A stretch of 64,000 nucleotides of DNA from Candidatus Spongiisociaceae bacterium (GCA_965219685.1 CBDCOH010000002.1:3904001-3968000); one strand, 5' to 3'; numbered from the stretch's first letter, positions 20,042 through 30,378 are shown. The notes: a model not told the origin generated them from the letters alone. A program made the numbers and translations.

Positions 20042-21259
20042 ATGCAGGTGTTCTCCACGGTTGGCCTCAGCGGCACCGGCGAGTGGGCGGCCACCCCTTA
20101 CCATCCGTGGTTGGCGTTCAGCTTTGACATCGCCGAGTTCGGCCCGTGAGAGTGGGTGTCGTTCGGTAGGGCCCAGGCAGGCTGTGCCCAGTTGACCGGC
20201 ACGCCCCTGCATCCCGGCATCGCCGAACAACTCCACAGGGCCTATTTGAGCAAGGGCGCCCACGCCACAACGGCTATAGAGGGCAACACTCTCACGGAAG
20301 AAGAGGTATCGAGGATGCTGGATACTCCACTCGACCTGCCTCCCTCGCGCCGTTACCTTGAACAGGAGGTGCGGAACGTGCTCGACGCCTTCCGGAGCAT
20401 CGATGAGGGAATACGAACCACCGGGGATCTCACGCTGACCCCGGCGATGATGCGCGGATACAACGAACTCGTGCTTCGTGATATCGGGTCGGCCAGCGAG
20501 ATCCGGCCCGGCCGCGTCCGCGCATCTGAGATCCTGGTCGGCCGGTACCGTGGACCTCGGGCCGAAGACTGCCACCACCTCTTGGAGCGGCTGTGTGACT
20601 GGCTACTCTGCCCCGACTTCGAGATCAAGGGGGAGGATCCACTCGCATTCGCTCGCGTTCTGACCCGGGCGCTGCTGGCCCATCTCTACATCGCATGGAT
20701 CCACCCCTTCGGGAACGGAAACGGCCGTACAGCGAGGCTCGTCGAGTATCACCTGCTCGCCGCCTCGGGGCTGGTGCCTGTTCCGGCCGCTCACCTGCTG
20801 TCCAACCACTACAACCAGACCCGCAGCCGCTACTACCGCGTACTCGACTGGTCGAGCCGGACAAGGCCCTGGTCGCCGGTCGAGTTCATCGGTTACGCAT
20901 TGGGTGGCTTCGTGGATGGCCTCGAAGAACAGTTGGCCTGGATCAAGGCTCGACACTATTGGCTGGCCTGGCGGAGCTACGTTGACGAGGTGATGCGTCC
21001 CTACGGTACGGCGGCCGGCCGCCGCCAGCGGGAGTTGGTGCTCGCCCTGGGAGCCTCCGGGGCTACACAGCGGTCCGAGATCAGGATTCTCACGCCGTAT
21101 CTAGCAGAAGCCTACGCGGGAAAGACCTCCAAGACGGTGACACGCGACGTGAACCGGCCTGTCGCTCTGGGCCTTGTCGAACGCACTCGCAAGGGGATCC
21201 GTCCCCTGGTTGAGAAGATGGAAGCCTTCTCGGCAGTTACGAGCCTCCCGGACTCGTAA
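20042..21259 (+). CDS. Fic family protein; in-frame TGA at 20147 separates a plausible N-terminus (possible pseudogene, or start at 20156)
   Basis: HATTAIEGNTL and Fic motif HPFGNGNGRTAR; upstream in frame reads ..HPWLAFSFDIAEFGP*EWVSFG. Confidence 0.8.
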
Positions 21260-21267
21260 CTGCTTTG

Positions 21268-22284
21268 CTACTGCTCGAGCACCTCACTGACGGCCGCCGT
21301 GACGCGTGCGGCGTCCGGGATGTAGGCGTTCTCCAGGGGCGGGCTGAGCGGTACCGGGGAGTGGGGGGAGGTCACCCTTCTCACCGGGGCGGCCAGCGCG
21401 TCGAATGCGTGCTCGGAGACCATGGCGGCGATGTCTGCGGCGATGCTGCACCGGGGCGGGCTCTCGTCAACGACCACCAGCCGTCGGGTCTTGCGGACCG
21501 ATCCGAGGATGGTTTCCGAATCGAGCGGCGAGAGGGTTCGGGGGTCGATGACTTCCGCCTCGACGCCGTCCGACGCCAGGGCGTCGGCCACCTCGAGCGC
21601 CAGCTTCGCCATGAACGAGATCCCGACGATTGTCACATCGGTTCCCGGACGGGTGACCGAGGCGGAGCCGAGGGGGACGGCGTAGGGATCCTCCGGTACC
21701 TCCTGGCGGGTGTTGTAGAGGCGCATATGCTCGAAGAACAGCACCGGGTCGTCATCGGCGATCGACTCCAGCAGCAGGCCCTTGGCGTCGTACGGCGTGG
21801 TCGGGACCACCACCTTGATCCCGGGCAGGTGCGTGTAGACGGAGTACAGGGTGTCGGAGTGCTGCCCGGCCGCTCCCAGCCCGGCGCCGATGGCCATGCG
21901 AAGCACCAGGGGGACGCTCGCCTGGCCGCCGAACATGTAGCGCAGCTTGGCGGCCTGGTTGTGGATCTGGTCGAAGGCCAGCGGCGTGAAGCTGGACCAC
22001 ATCATGTCGACGACCGGCCGGATCCCCGACGCCGCCGCGCCGACCGCGATCCCGACGATGCCGGCCTCGGAGATGGGGGTGTCCCGGACCCGGGTGGGGC
22101 CGAACTTGTGGAAGAGACCCTTGGTGGCGCCGAAGGTGCCTCCCATCGCTCCCTCGTAGGGTGCTCCGAGTCCTGCTCCACCGACCACGTCCTCGCCGTA
22201 GACGACCACGGTCTCGTCGGCCTCCATCGCCTGGTACATGGCCTCGCCGACCGCGTGGATCATGGTGATCGGTCTTCTAGCCAC
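21268..22284 (-). CDS. 2-oxoacid/acetoin dehydrogenase E1 beta subunit
   Basis: GEDV, RVRDTPISE, DQIHNQAAK, AGQHS, DPVLFFEH, IDPRTLSPLD. Confidence 0.92.
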   Translation of the reverse strand: MARRPITMIHAVGEAMYQAMEADETVVVYGEDVVGGAGLGAPYEGAMGGTFGATKGLFHKFGPTRVRDTPISEAGIVGIAVGAAASGIRPVVDMMWSSFTPLAFDQIHNQAAKLRYMFGGQASVPLVLRMAIGAGLGAAGQHSDTLYSVYTHLPGIKVVVPTTPYDAKGLLLESIADDDPVLFFEHMRLYNTRQEVPEDPYAVPLGSASVTRPGTDVTIVGISFMAKLALEVADALASDGVEAEVIDPRTLSPLDSETILGSVRKTRRLVVVDESPPRCSIAADIAAMVSEHAFDALAAPVRRVTSPHSPVPLSPPLENAYIPDAARVTAAVSEVLEQ

Positions 22285-23251
22285 CGTAGGCTCCGGTGTA
22301 GACGTAGTCCGCCACGCCGGCGGCGGCCGGCCACGGATCGGCCTTGGCCGCCGCCACGCCCCGGTCGAGTTCCTCGACGATCCCTGCTCGGATCCTCCCG
22401 ACTTCTGCCTCGTCGAGCAGCCCGGCCGCAGCGAGTTCCGACCGGAATCGGTCGAGCGGGTCCCTCCTCCTGGCCGCGGCGAGATCGTCCTCGTCGCGGT
22501 ACTTCTGGGTGTCCCCCACGTAGTGAGCCGAAATCCGGGGGATCTTCGCTTCGATGAAGGACGGACCCTCACCGCGCCGGGCCCGCTCGACCGCCTCCCC
22601 GGCTTCCCGGTGGACGGCGAAGACATCCGCGCCGTCGACGATGTGCGCCGGGATCCCGAACCCGTCCGCCCGGCGGCTCAGATCTGCGACGCTCTGGGAG
22701 TAGGAGACCGGCGTGGACTCCGCCCAGCCGTTGTTCTCGCACACGTATATGACCGGCAGCTTCCAGATGGAGGCCAGGTTCATCGACTCGTAGAGGATGC
22801 CCTGCCCGGATCCCCCGTCCCCGAAGAAGCTGACCGAGACGTTCGAGGTGCCCTTGACCTGCTGGGCGAACGCCCCTCCGGTGGCTAGGCCGATGCTCCC
22901 GCCGACGATGGCGTTGGCCCCCAGCATCCCGATCTCGAAGTCGGCGATGTGCATCGATCCGCCCCGGCCCCTGCAAAGGCCGGTCTCCCGCCCGTACAGT
23001 TCCGCCAGCATGCCGGCGATGGAGCATCCCTTGGCGAGGCTGTGCCCGTGGCCTCGATGGGTGCTGGCGATCAGGTCGCGGTCCGTCAGGTGGGCGCACA
23101 CCCCGGCGGCCACCGCTTCGGCGCCGATGTAGGTGTGGACGAAGCCGGGCATGTCCCCCCGCTGGTACTCGAGGGTGACCCGCTCCTCGAAGAGGCGGAT
23201 CCGCGTCATCGTCTCGAACATCTGGACCAGGGTCCGGTCCGGGATCGTCAT
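22277..23251 (-). CDS. 2-oxoacid/acetoin dehydrogenase E1 alpha subunit
   Basis: PGFVH, STHRGHGH, GRGGSMH, TPP motif FFGDG..ENN. Confidence 0.92.
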   Translation of the reverse strand: MTIPDRTLVQMFETMTRIRLFEERVTLEYQRGDMPGFVHTYIGAEAVAAGVCAHLTDRDLIASTHRGHGHSLAKGCSIAGMLAELYGRETGLCRGRGGSMHIADFEIGMLGANAIVGGSIGLATGGAFAQQVKGTSNVSVSFFGDGGSGQGILYESMNLASIWKLPVIYVCENNGWAESTPVSYSQSVADLSRRADGFGIPAHIVDGADVFAVHREAGEAVERARRGEGPSFIEAKIPRISAHYVGDTQKYRDEDDLAAARRRDPLDRFRSELAAAGLLDEAEVGRIRAGIVEELDRGVAAAKADPWPAAAGVADYVYTGAYGG

Positions 23252-23526
23252 GCGGGCGCTCCTCCCTCGAGCAGGCTCCGGTACTCGGCGTCGTCCTCCG
23301 CGATCCACCCGATCACCCTCCCGATCGGGTAGTCCTCCCCGACCGGGGCCCCATGATGCACGATCCCTGCGGCGCCCGCCTCGATCTCCATCTCCACCTT
23401 GTTGGTCTCCATCAGGAACAGTGGCTCGCCGGCCCGGACCGCACCGCCTTCGTCGACCAGCCAGTCGATCAGGTGGCAGTCGTCCATGTAGATGCCGGTC
23501 TTGGGAATGAAGACCTCGTGAGCCAT
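23248..23526 (-). CDS. Stand-alone lipoyl-carrier protein
   Basis: 92 aa; WLVDEGGAV..METNKVEMEI lipoyl-Lys motif; no E2 catalytic domain. Confidence 0.85.
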   Translation of the reverse strand: MAHEVFIPKTGIYMDDCHLIDWLVDEGGAVRAGEPLFLMETNKVEMEIEAGAAGIVHHGAPVGEDYPIGRVIGWIAEDDAEYRSLLEGGAPA

Positions 23527-23605
23527 CAGCGGCCCGTCCGCGAGAGAGCGGCTTGCCGAACCGGGTACGCCATGTCGCTTAGCGTGCGGACCACGAGCAC
23601 TCTCC

Positions 23606-24550
23606 TCAGCCGGAGATCAGCACTTGCTTGCCGCCACCCGAGGCGACGGCCGCCCAAGCCGATGCGGCGTTGGAGAGCGGTGTGGTGACGACGGGGAGGG
23701 CCAGGTCTCCGGAGGTGGCCAGGTCCACCATCGTCAGGTATGCCGACACCACCTCGTCGCGTGGAATCCCGAAGTTGCTGTATCCCTTGATCGTTAGCTG
23801 CTTGCCGCGGACCAGCCCTGATGCGACCGTGGCGGTGTCTCCCGCCGCTTGCCCGATGTGGATCACCCGGGCTCCGAGCGCGGTGGCGGTGAGGGCAGCC
23901 TCCAGGGGTGCGCCCCACAGGGCATCGAACACCACGTGGGCCCCGCCCTCGCAGGCGGCCTGCATGCGGGCGGCCAGATCGTCGCCGTCCAGGGACACGA
24001 CCGCGTCGGCCATCCCTTCGAGGGCGGCCAGGCGTTCGGGGTTGCGTCCCGCCGCCACGACCCTTGCGGCTCCGGCGATCCGGGCCGCCTGGACCGCGAT
24101 GCTCCCCGCCGCCCCGGTCGCTCCCAGCACGAGCGCGGTTTCCCCCGGTTGCAGCTTGGCCGTCCAGGTGATCGGGAGCCAGCCGGCCAGCGCGGCGGTT
24201 CCCAGCGCCGCGGCGGTGGCCGCGTCCGCGTCGTCACCGATCTCGACCAAGGCGCTCTCGGGCGCGTTGAAACGCTCCGCGGATGTACCGTCCCGGACGA
24301 CTCCGATGCCGGCTCCCATCACGAAGACGCGGCGCCCATCGCCCTCCACCCGGCCGACCGCCTCGATGGCGGGGACGTAGGGCATCGGCGGATGTCCGGC
24401 GTAGAACCCGCCGGACGCGATGGCGAGGTCGACCGGATTCAGCGAGGCGGCCTCGAGGGCTACCGTCACCTCGCCCTCGGCCGGATCCGGAAGCTCGCGT
24501 TCCTCCACTACGGGGCTGGCGCCGGCTTCGGTGATAAGGGCGGCTCTCAT
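23606..24550 (-). CDS. MDR family NADPH:quinone oxidoreductase-like protein
   Basis: ASLNPVD, LVLGATGAAG. Confidence 0.85.
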   Translation of the reverse strand: MRAALITEAGASPVVEERELPDPAEGEVTVALEAASLNPVDLAIASGGFYAGHPPMPYVPAIEAVGRVEGDGRRVFVMGAGIGVVRDGTSAERFNAPESALVEIGDDADAATAAALGTAALAGWLPITWTAKLQPGETALVLGATGAAGSIAVQAARIAGAARVVAAGRNPERLAALEGMADAVVSLDGDDLAARMQAACEGGAHVVFDALWGAPLEAALTATALGARVIHIGQAAGDTATVASGLVRGKQLTIKGYSNFGIPRDEVVSAYLTMVDLATSGDLALPVVTTPLSNAASAWAAVASGGGKQVLISG

Positions 24551-24891
24551 GATGTCGTTTCCTCCTTGGGCAGGTAGCGGTCGGCGTCGGCGAAGACGTC
24601 GATCCCACGGTAACCCCCGCGGATGCGGGTGATGTGCGTGACCCCGGCCGGGACCGTGTAGGTGTCACCCCGGCGGTAGGTGCGGGTCTCGCCTCCTATC
24701 GTCATCTCCATCTCCCCCTCCAGCACCACGCCCCACTGGGCGCCGTGTACGTGTTCCGGTACTTCGACGTCATGGTCGATCTCGTAGAACATGGGCATGC
24801 AGTACTCGTTGGGGACGATGTTGGCCCGCATGTCCACTGGGCTGTCCGGAACGGGCAGTGCCTTTATGAAGTCCGGGAACCCTTCGCTCAC
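24547..24891 (-). CDS. Cupin domain protein
   Basis: PEHVH..QWGVVLEG..GDTYTVPAGVTH. Confidence 0.85.
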   Translation of the reverse strand: MSEGFPDFIKALPVPDSPVDMRANIVPNEYCMPMFYEIDHDVEVPEHVHGAQWGVVLEGEMEMTIGGETRTYRRGDTYTVPAGVTHITRIRGGYRGIDVFADADRYLPKEETTS

Positions 24892-25008
24892 TGGACCCTC
24901 CTATCTTTCATGGTCTCTCCTCGGGTTTCCGGACCCCGGGGGTCTGTCTCCGCGACGGCGCTGTGGTAAGCAGGGCACGGCGAGTCTCTTTGCAGGCAGA
25001 CCACTGGA

Positions 25009-26370
25009 TCAAAGGGTCGAGATCAGCGCCGCGTAGGAGTCCATCGATCCGGCCCGTTCCTCGAACCGGTAGACCTGCGGCGTGTAGACGTGGGTCCTCT
25101 CGAACGGGTGCTTGGTTCTCGGTATCGACGTGGGCCGCCACGGCGAGACCGGCCGGCCGGCCTTGACGATGGTGCGGATTCTCTCCCGGTCCTGCAGGAT
25201 CGTGACGTCCTCGTCCGGGTTGCCCTCCACGACCAGCAGGTCTGCGTACTTGCCCTCCGTCAGGGTGCCGATCTGGTCGGCATGCTGGGGCAGCGTCATG
25301 GCGCTGTTGCGGGTCATCGAGAGCAGGGCCTCGAAGTGGGACATGCCGAGCAGGTCGACGAACAGTTCCATCTCCCTGGCGTGCCACTCCCCGTAGGGAG
25401 TCATGGCGAAGCCCGACTCCGATCCGCCGACCAGCGTGGCGCCGTTCCGGTGCGCCTCGCTGAGGATGGCGGCCGCCGCGTCGAGCTCGCGCTTGAACCG
25501 GTCCCGAAGGGCGGGGGAGAGGTCGGCGCGGTTGGCCTCCAGGGTGTTGACCAGCAGCGTCATGGCCGGGAGCAGCGGGATGTCCTTCTCGACGACCATC
25601 TCGAGGGTCGGATGGTCCATGTAGGAGGCGTGCATGATCCAGTCGACCCCGGCCTTGGCCGCGTACTCGACCGACTGGCGGGACCGGGCGTGGATGGTGA
25701 CCGGACGGCCCAGCCGGTGCGCCTCGTCCACGGCCAGTTCGAGTTCCTCCAGGCGGAAGGAGGCGTACTCGTCGGACGAGTTGCCGGACCCGGCGATCTT
25801 GATGATGTTGACTCCGTCCTTAACCTCGTTGCGGATCTCCTGGAGCAGCTCGTCCCGGTTGCGGACCAGCGCCCCGAAGGACGACTCTGGAACCCCGATC
25901 CAGCTGGGGAACCCGTCCGAGATCCCCTGCTGGGTGGTGATCTGCTTCCCTGCGCACGCCATCCGCGGTCCCTGGACGAGGCCGGCTTCGATGGCGTCCC
26001 GCACCGCGATCGCCACCGAGTAGGGGCCTCCCGGGTCGCAGCTGGAGGTCACGCCCGCCATCAGAGCCTTCTCGGCATCTACCGAGGCCCGGATCGCCCG
26101 GTATTCGGCGGGTGTGTAGATCGACAGCTCCTCTTCGGACTCGGCCTCGCCGAAACTGATGTGCATGTGGCCGTCGACCAAGCCCGGCATCACCGTGGTG
26201 CCGGTGGTGTCGACCTCCTCGTAGCCGTTGGCCAGGAATTCCTGCGGGACGGCATCGGAGTCACCGACCCAGGCGATCCGGTCGCCCTCGACCACCACGC
26301 AGCCCCGGTCGATGACCGACTGGTCCTCGCAGGTCAGCACCCGGCCCCCGTTGAAGCGGTACCCGGTCAT
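25009..26370 (-). CDS. Metal-dependent amidohydrolase
   Basis: MPGLVDGHMH, IHARS, IMHAS, GKYADLLVV. Confidence 0.88.
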   Translation of the reverse strand: MTGYRFNGGRVLTCEDQSVIDRGCVVVEGDRIAWVGDSDAVPQEFLANGYEEVDTTGTTVMPGLVDGHMHISFGEAESEEELSIYTPAEYRAIRASVDAEKALMAGVTSSCDPGGPYSVAIAVRDAIEAGLVQGPRMACAGKQITTQQGISDGFPSWIGVPESSFGALVRNRDELLQEIRNEVKDGVNIIKIAGSGNSSDEYASFRLEELELAVDEAHRLGRPVTIHARSRQSVEYAAKAGVDWIMHASYMDHPTLEMVVEKDIPLLPAMTLLVNTLEANRADLSPALRDRFKRELDAAAAILSEAHRNGATLVGGSESGFAMTPYGEWHAREMELFVDLLGMSHFEALLSMTRNSAMTLPQHADQIGTLTEGKYADLLVVEGNPDEDVTILQDRERIRTIVKAGRPVSPWRPTSIPRTKHPFERTHVYTPQVYRFEERAGSMDSYAALISTL

Positions 26371-26393
26371 GGCCTTACCTCCTCTTCCTCCGG

Positions 26394-27263
26394 TTACTGC
26401 GGGACGATCGGGAAGTACTTGCCGCCCATGGGTTCACCTATCTCGATTCCCACCTCGTCGTCGGAGTAGTTGAACTCGTAGCGCCTGCTGCCGAACCACC
26501 GGGTCCCGTCAGCGAAGAAGCGCACCACGATCGCCCGGCGGGGGATCGTCGAGACGTTGGGCAGCGAGGCGTGCCAGGTCAGGCAGTGGTGCATGGACAC
26601 AGACCCGGCCGGCACAGTGATCGTCTTAACCGGGAGGCCCACCTCGGCGGGATCGTCGATCGGCCTGACCGTCGGGGGCCGCAGGTCCTCCAGGTAGGTC
26701 GATCCGGTCCCGAAGGCGGCGGGCAGCGTCTCGCCCATGACGTGGCTCCCCGGCACCATCTGCATGGCTCCGTTCTCGGCGGTCACGTCGTCGAGCGCCA
26801 CCCAGGCGGTGACGGCGTTCGGCTGCGCTAGCGGCCAGTAGGGGTAGTCTTGGTGCCACTTGAGGCTGCCGCCCTTCCCCGGATCCTTGAACAGGGCGTT
26901 GTCCTCCAGGATCCGGACCTTCCGGGATCCCATCAACTGGGCCGCCCACCCGGCCAGCACCGGGTTGAAGGAGACGATCCGGATGTCCTGGTCCCAGGTC
27001 CAGAGGTTGAACAGGAAGCCCACCGACTTGCCCGGCTCGGGAGGAAGCACGCTGTCCTCGGGCCAGATGGCGGGATCCAGCAGGTCCCACTCCTCGCCCT
27101 TCCCCCTCTGAAGGACCCGCGCCCTCTCCACCACACCGCGCAGCATCTCTACCTGCTCGGTGGTGAATACCCGGCCCGGCCTCAGAAACCCCTTGTGGTG
27201 GAATTCGAGGAGTTCGTCGGCGCTCAGCGCGCTCGTGCGAACCTCGTCCGTCAGCGTTTGCAT
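26394..27263 (-). CDS. PhyH family Fe(II)/2-oxoglutarate dioxygenase
   Basis: WHQDYPYWP, WVALDD..ENG, PGSH, HHCLTWHAS..N.S..PRR. Confidence 0.88.
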   Translation of the reverse strand: MQTLTDEVRTSALSADELLEFHHKGFLRPGRVFTTEQVEMLRGVVERARVLQRGKGEEWDLLDPAIWPEDSVLPPEPGKSVGFLFNLWTWDQDIRIVSFNPVLAGWAAQLMGSRKVRILEDNALFKDPGKGGSLKWHQDYPYWPLAQPNAVTAWVALDDVTAENGAMQMVPGSHVMGETLPAAFGTGSTYLEDLRPPTVRPIDDPAEVGLPVKTITVPAGSVSMHHCLTWHASLPNVSTIPRRAIVVRFFADGTRWFGSRRYEFNYSDDEVGIEIGEPMGGKYFPIVPQ

Positions 27264-27312
27264 GCTTGACCTCCTTGCCGTCCGGTAAACACCTGAACAG
27301 TTGCTGATGTGC

Positions 27313-27681
27313 TCACTCGATCACTTCTACCGATGACGTTTCCACGGTGCACAGCAGAGGCGGATCTACATCGGCCCCTGCCTCAACCGAGTATGGCACT
27401 TCGCTTCCGGCTTCGACCCGGGCCACATTGAACTCCACCTCGTGGTAGACCTCGCTCGACAGGTCCAGCCACATCGCGAGGAGTTCCAGCCTCACCGCCA
27501 CGTCGGCGTCGTTTCGCAACATACCGCCGACCGATTCGGACGAACACTGGGAGACGCTCGCCAGTATGAAGGTCTCGACGTCGCGCTGGACATCGGAGCG
27601 GGGCAGGTAACAGGACACGGCCAGCAGCGAGATCGCGAGAAACAGCGGCAGTCGGCCGCGAGCCAGAGCCTGAGATCTCAC
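27313..27681 (-). CDS. Hypothetical lipoprotein
   Basis: Lipobox LAVSC; coupled to the upstream gene by a GTGA overlap. Confidence 0.6.
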   Translation of the reverse strand: MRSQALARGRLPLFLAISLLAVSCYLPRSDVQRDVETFILASVSQCSSESVGGMLRNDADVAVRLELLAMWLDLSSEVYHEVEFNVARVEAGSEVPYSVEAGADVDPPLLCTVETSSVEVIE

Positions 27682-28526
27682 GATCCTCGATGCTGCAGTT
27701 GGCGGTTGTAGTAGTCGGTGTAGGACATTACTTCCACGCCCCGATCAAGCGCGTACTCTATGACTCCGCTCGCCCAGCCGGTCCCTGCCTCGTTGTACCG
27801 GACCATCGCCCACTCGTGGAAGCATGCGCCGTACACGAGGTCCTTCTCGACGATCTCGTCCACACCCTCTTTCAGGACCTCGAGGAACTCGGCGCCCCGG
27901 TCGATCCCGTACTCCTCGAACCAGAAGCCGTCCAGCCAGTGCTGGAAGGGCACCTCCAGGATGTCGGGGAATCCCTGCTCCTCGTACCAGAACGGCTGGA
28001 CGTCGAGTGGTGACGGATTGTCATGCTGGGCGTTGCGGCCCCAGGAACTCACGTACTCGATGCCGGCGTCGGCGAGCAGTTGCAGCCGGTCGGGCCGGTC
28101 GGAGAGCCCCAGGTAGTAGCCGTGCGGGGTTCGCAAGCCGATGCAGTCGACGTCGAGGTGCTCCTTGATGAGCGAGGAGGTTGCCCCTAGTTCGTGGCGC
28201 AGCGCCTCGGTCGGCGACTGCGGGAACAGCCCTCCCCGCCACGTGTCGTCCTTGAAGAGGATATGGCTGTAGGTGTGCTGCTGGACGTCCAGCATGGGGC
28301 TGGCGGCCGCCTTCCTGATGGCGGGAAGGGCATGCAGCAAGGTTCGGCCGCAGACGAACAACGTACCCGTGACGCCGTGGGCTTCGTGATATGCCGTGAT
28401 GATCTCGAGACCCGCTTCCGTGGCGTCGTCGGGCAGGGAACTGTAGAAGCTCTCCCCGCCTCCCCTCGCCAGGTTCTCACCGATGGCGTGGTACTCCGTG
28501 TCATAGCCCATCAACATCGTTGCCAC
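27678..28526 (-). CDS. Polysaccharide deacetylase (CE4/PuuE-like) family protein
   Basis: YDTE, TLFVCG, HTYSH, GLRTPHG, FHEW. Confidence 0.8.
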   Translation of the reverse strand: MATMLMGYDTEYHAIGENLARGGGESFYSSLPDDATEAGLEIITAYHEAHGVTGTLFVCGRTLLHALPAIRKAAASPMLDVQQHTYSHILFKDDTWRGGLFPQSPTEALRHELGATSSLIKEHLDVDCIGLRTPHGYYLGLSDRPDRLQLLADAGIEYVSSWGRNAQHDNPSPLDVQPFWYEEQGFPDILEVPFQHWLDGFWFEEYGIDRGAEFLEVLKEGVDEIVEKDLVYGACFHEWAMVRYNEAGTGWASGVIEYALDRGVEVMSYTDYYNRQLQHRGS

Positions 28527-28754
28527 GGCTTCGATTCCTTTCTAAGTGGTCGGTCTGCGAAGTGGCGCTGCGCCCTGCTTGCATGCCACCCCGCCACTCG
28601 GCGGACCTACCACCATAGGTCTGCCGAGCGCCTTTCCCGTTGGCCTTGGTGGTCGATGATGAAAATAGCCGGTCACCGAGGACGGGCCAACTGTCATCAC
28701 CGTCCCCGGTCATCCTGCCGGACCACGACGTGGAGCGCCCGAGATTGTCGGCAG

Positions 28755-28988
28755 TCAAGACCGTCCGGTGTCGAACCGATCGGAGCGGGACACACCCGCC
28801 TGCTTGAGGACTCTTGCCAGGAGGCCGACGTCGATGACACCGCCATGGGGGTTGGGAATCCACACCTTGAAGTGATCCCCCATGCTCATGTACTCGTGGC
28901 TACCCCCGTGCCAAGGCCCCTCGAAGCCCAAGCGGCGTAGCCTACGGATCAGGATCCTCCGGTTGACCGGAGCCAGCCGAGGGTTCAT
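28755..28988 (-). CDS. hicA: HicA family toxin
   Basis: LRRLGFEGPWHGGSHEYM..IPNPHGG.I..GLLARVLKQAG. Confidence 0.88.
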   Translation of the reverse strand: MNPRLAPVNRRILIRRLRRLGFEGPWHGGSHEYMSMGDHFKVWIPNPHGGVIDVGLLARVLKQAGVSRSDRFDTGRS

Positions 28989-29254
28989 CGGTGGTAAAGG
29001 CTAACCCCGCCCATCGCAGGGATGTCAGTATCCCCATCGGCCAGTTTCAGAGAGGCCCATCCGACCAATACGTCTTGGAGGACCGACAACGCCTCTCCTT
29101 CGGTCGCGCCATATCCCCACGCACCCGGCGTCTCCGCCACCTCCGCGTAGTACCCGTCCGGGGCTTCCATCGGCTCGACCACGGCTCGGGCGGCAGCGGC
29201 TGCTGCCCACTCCTCGATCCGGCCCGTCGGCATCCCGGTATCCCGATCGGTCAT
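28985..29254 (-). CDS. hicB: HicB family antitoxin (hicBA order)
   Basis: YYAEVAETPGAWGYGATEGEAL; ATGA overlap with hicA. Confidence 0.85.
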   Translation of the reverse strand: MTDRDTGMPTGRIEEWAAAAAARAVVEPMEAPDGYYAEVAETPGAWGYGATEGEALSVLQDVLVGWASLKLADGDTDIPAMGGVSLYHR

Positions 29255-29468
29255 GGCTCCGCTTGGTGCACGCAAGGTTCATCTACCCCGATGGTGACTA
29301 CCGAGCCGATTGTAGCGCGAGTTGAGACCAATAGCGGCCTATGACCTTCTTGTAGCGCGGTTTTAGCTGTTTCACCGCTGAGGGCTCTCACAGGCGCGAA
29401 GCCCGTGCTGCCCGTAACGAACCGTCGCAGGGCCGGGCGAACCGATGTCGCCACCTTCGGGCCTTCTC

Positions 29469-30317
29469 CTACGTCTCGGTGTGGCGGGCGGTGTCGAGGT
29501 CGCCGAGCGCTACGCCGGTGATCATGTCGACGAGGTGGCGGGGGGTTATGCCCTCCATGCTGGCAAGCTCGCCTATCTTCATTCCGTGGCGCAGCACCAC
29601 CACCCGGTCGCATACCTGGATCACGTCGTGCATGTTGTGACTGACGAGCAGGACCGCCACGCCCTGTTTCTTGAGGCGCTCGATCAGGTCCAGCACCAGG
29701 CGGGTCTGCTCGACTCCGAGTGCGGCCGTCGGCTCGTCCAGGACCACGATCTGGTTCCCCCATGCCACGGCCCGGCCGACGGCCACGGCCTGGCGCTGGC
29801 CTCCGGACAGCTTGTCCACGGGCTGGCGTACCGATGGGATGTCGATGCTGAGGCGGTCGAGGATCTCCTGCGACTCCCTGTACATCCGGCGGCGGTCCAT
29901 CCATCCAAGCCAGCCGAACACTCCCCACCTGAAGATGTGCTCCCGGTTCAGGAAGAGGTTGGTCGCCACATCCAGGGTGTCGACCAGGGAGAGATCCTGG
30001 TGAACGGTCTCCACGCCCAGCCGGTGGGCGGCCTGGGGACTCTCGATGGACACGACCGAGCCGTTGATGAGGATGTCCCCCGAGTCGGGAGTCAGGCCAC
30101 CCGAGACGCAGTTGACCACCGTCGTCTTGCCGGCGCCGTTGTCGCCGAGAAGGCCGAGCACCTCGCCGCGCCGGATCTCGAAGCTCACCTCCCTCGCGGC
30201 GCGGACCGCCCCGAACGACTTGGAGAGGGAACGAATCTCCAAGGCGACCGAACCGTTCGACCGGTCGGGAGCCATCCCGTTGGGGACGGGGCCGGTTGAT
30301 TCGCGGGTCAATGCCAT
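29469..30317 (-). CDS. Sugar ABC transporter ATP-binding protein
   Basis: LGDNGAGKTT, HQDLSL, LSGGQRQAVA, LDEPTAALG. Confidence 0.88.
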   Translation of the reverse strand: MALTRESTGPVPNGMAPDRSNGSVALEIRSLSKSFGAVRAAREVSFEIRRGEVLGLLGDNGAGKTTVVNCVSGGLTPDSGDILINGSVVSIESPQAAHRLGVETVHQDLSLVDTLDVATNLFLNREHIFRWGVFGWLGWMDRRRMYRESQEILDRLSIDIPSVRQPVDKLSGGQRQAVAVGRAVAWGNQIVVLDEPTAALGVEQTRLVLDLIERLKKQGVAVLLVSHNMHDVIQVCDRVVVLRHGMKIGELASMEGITPRHLVDMITGVALGDLDTARHTET

Positions 30318-30378
30318 CGAGCGTTCGCCTGTCAGGAGACCTCCTAGAGTATATGCCTCCTCTGGAAAGGAGGTCCGA

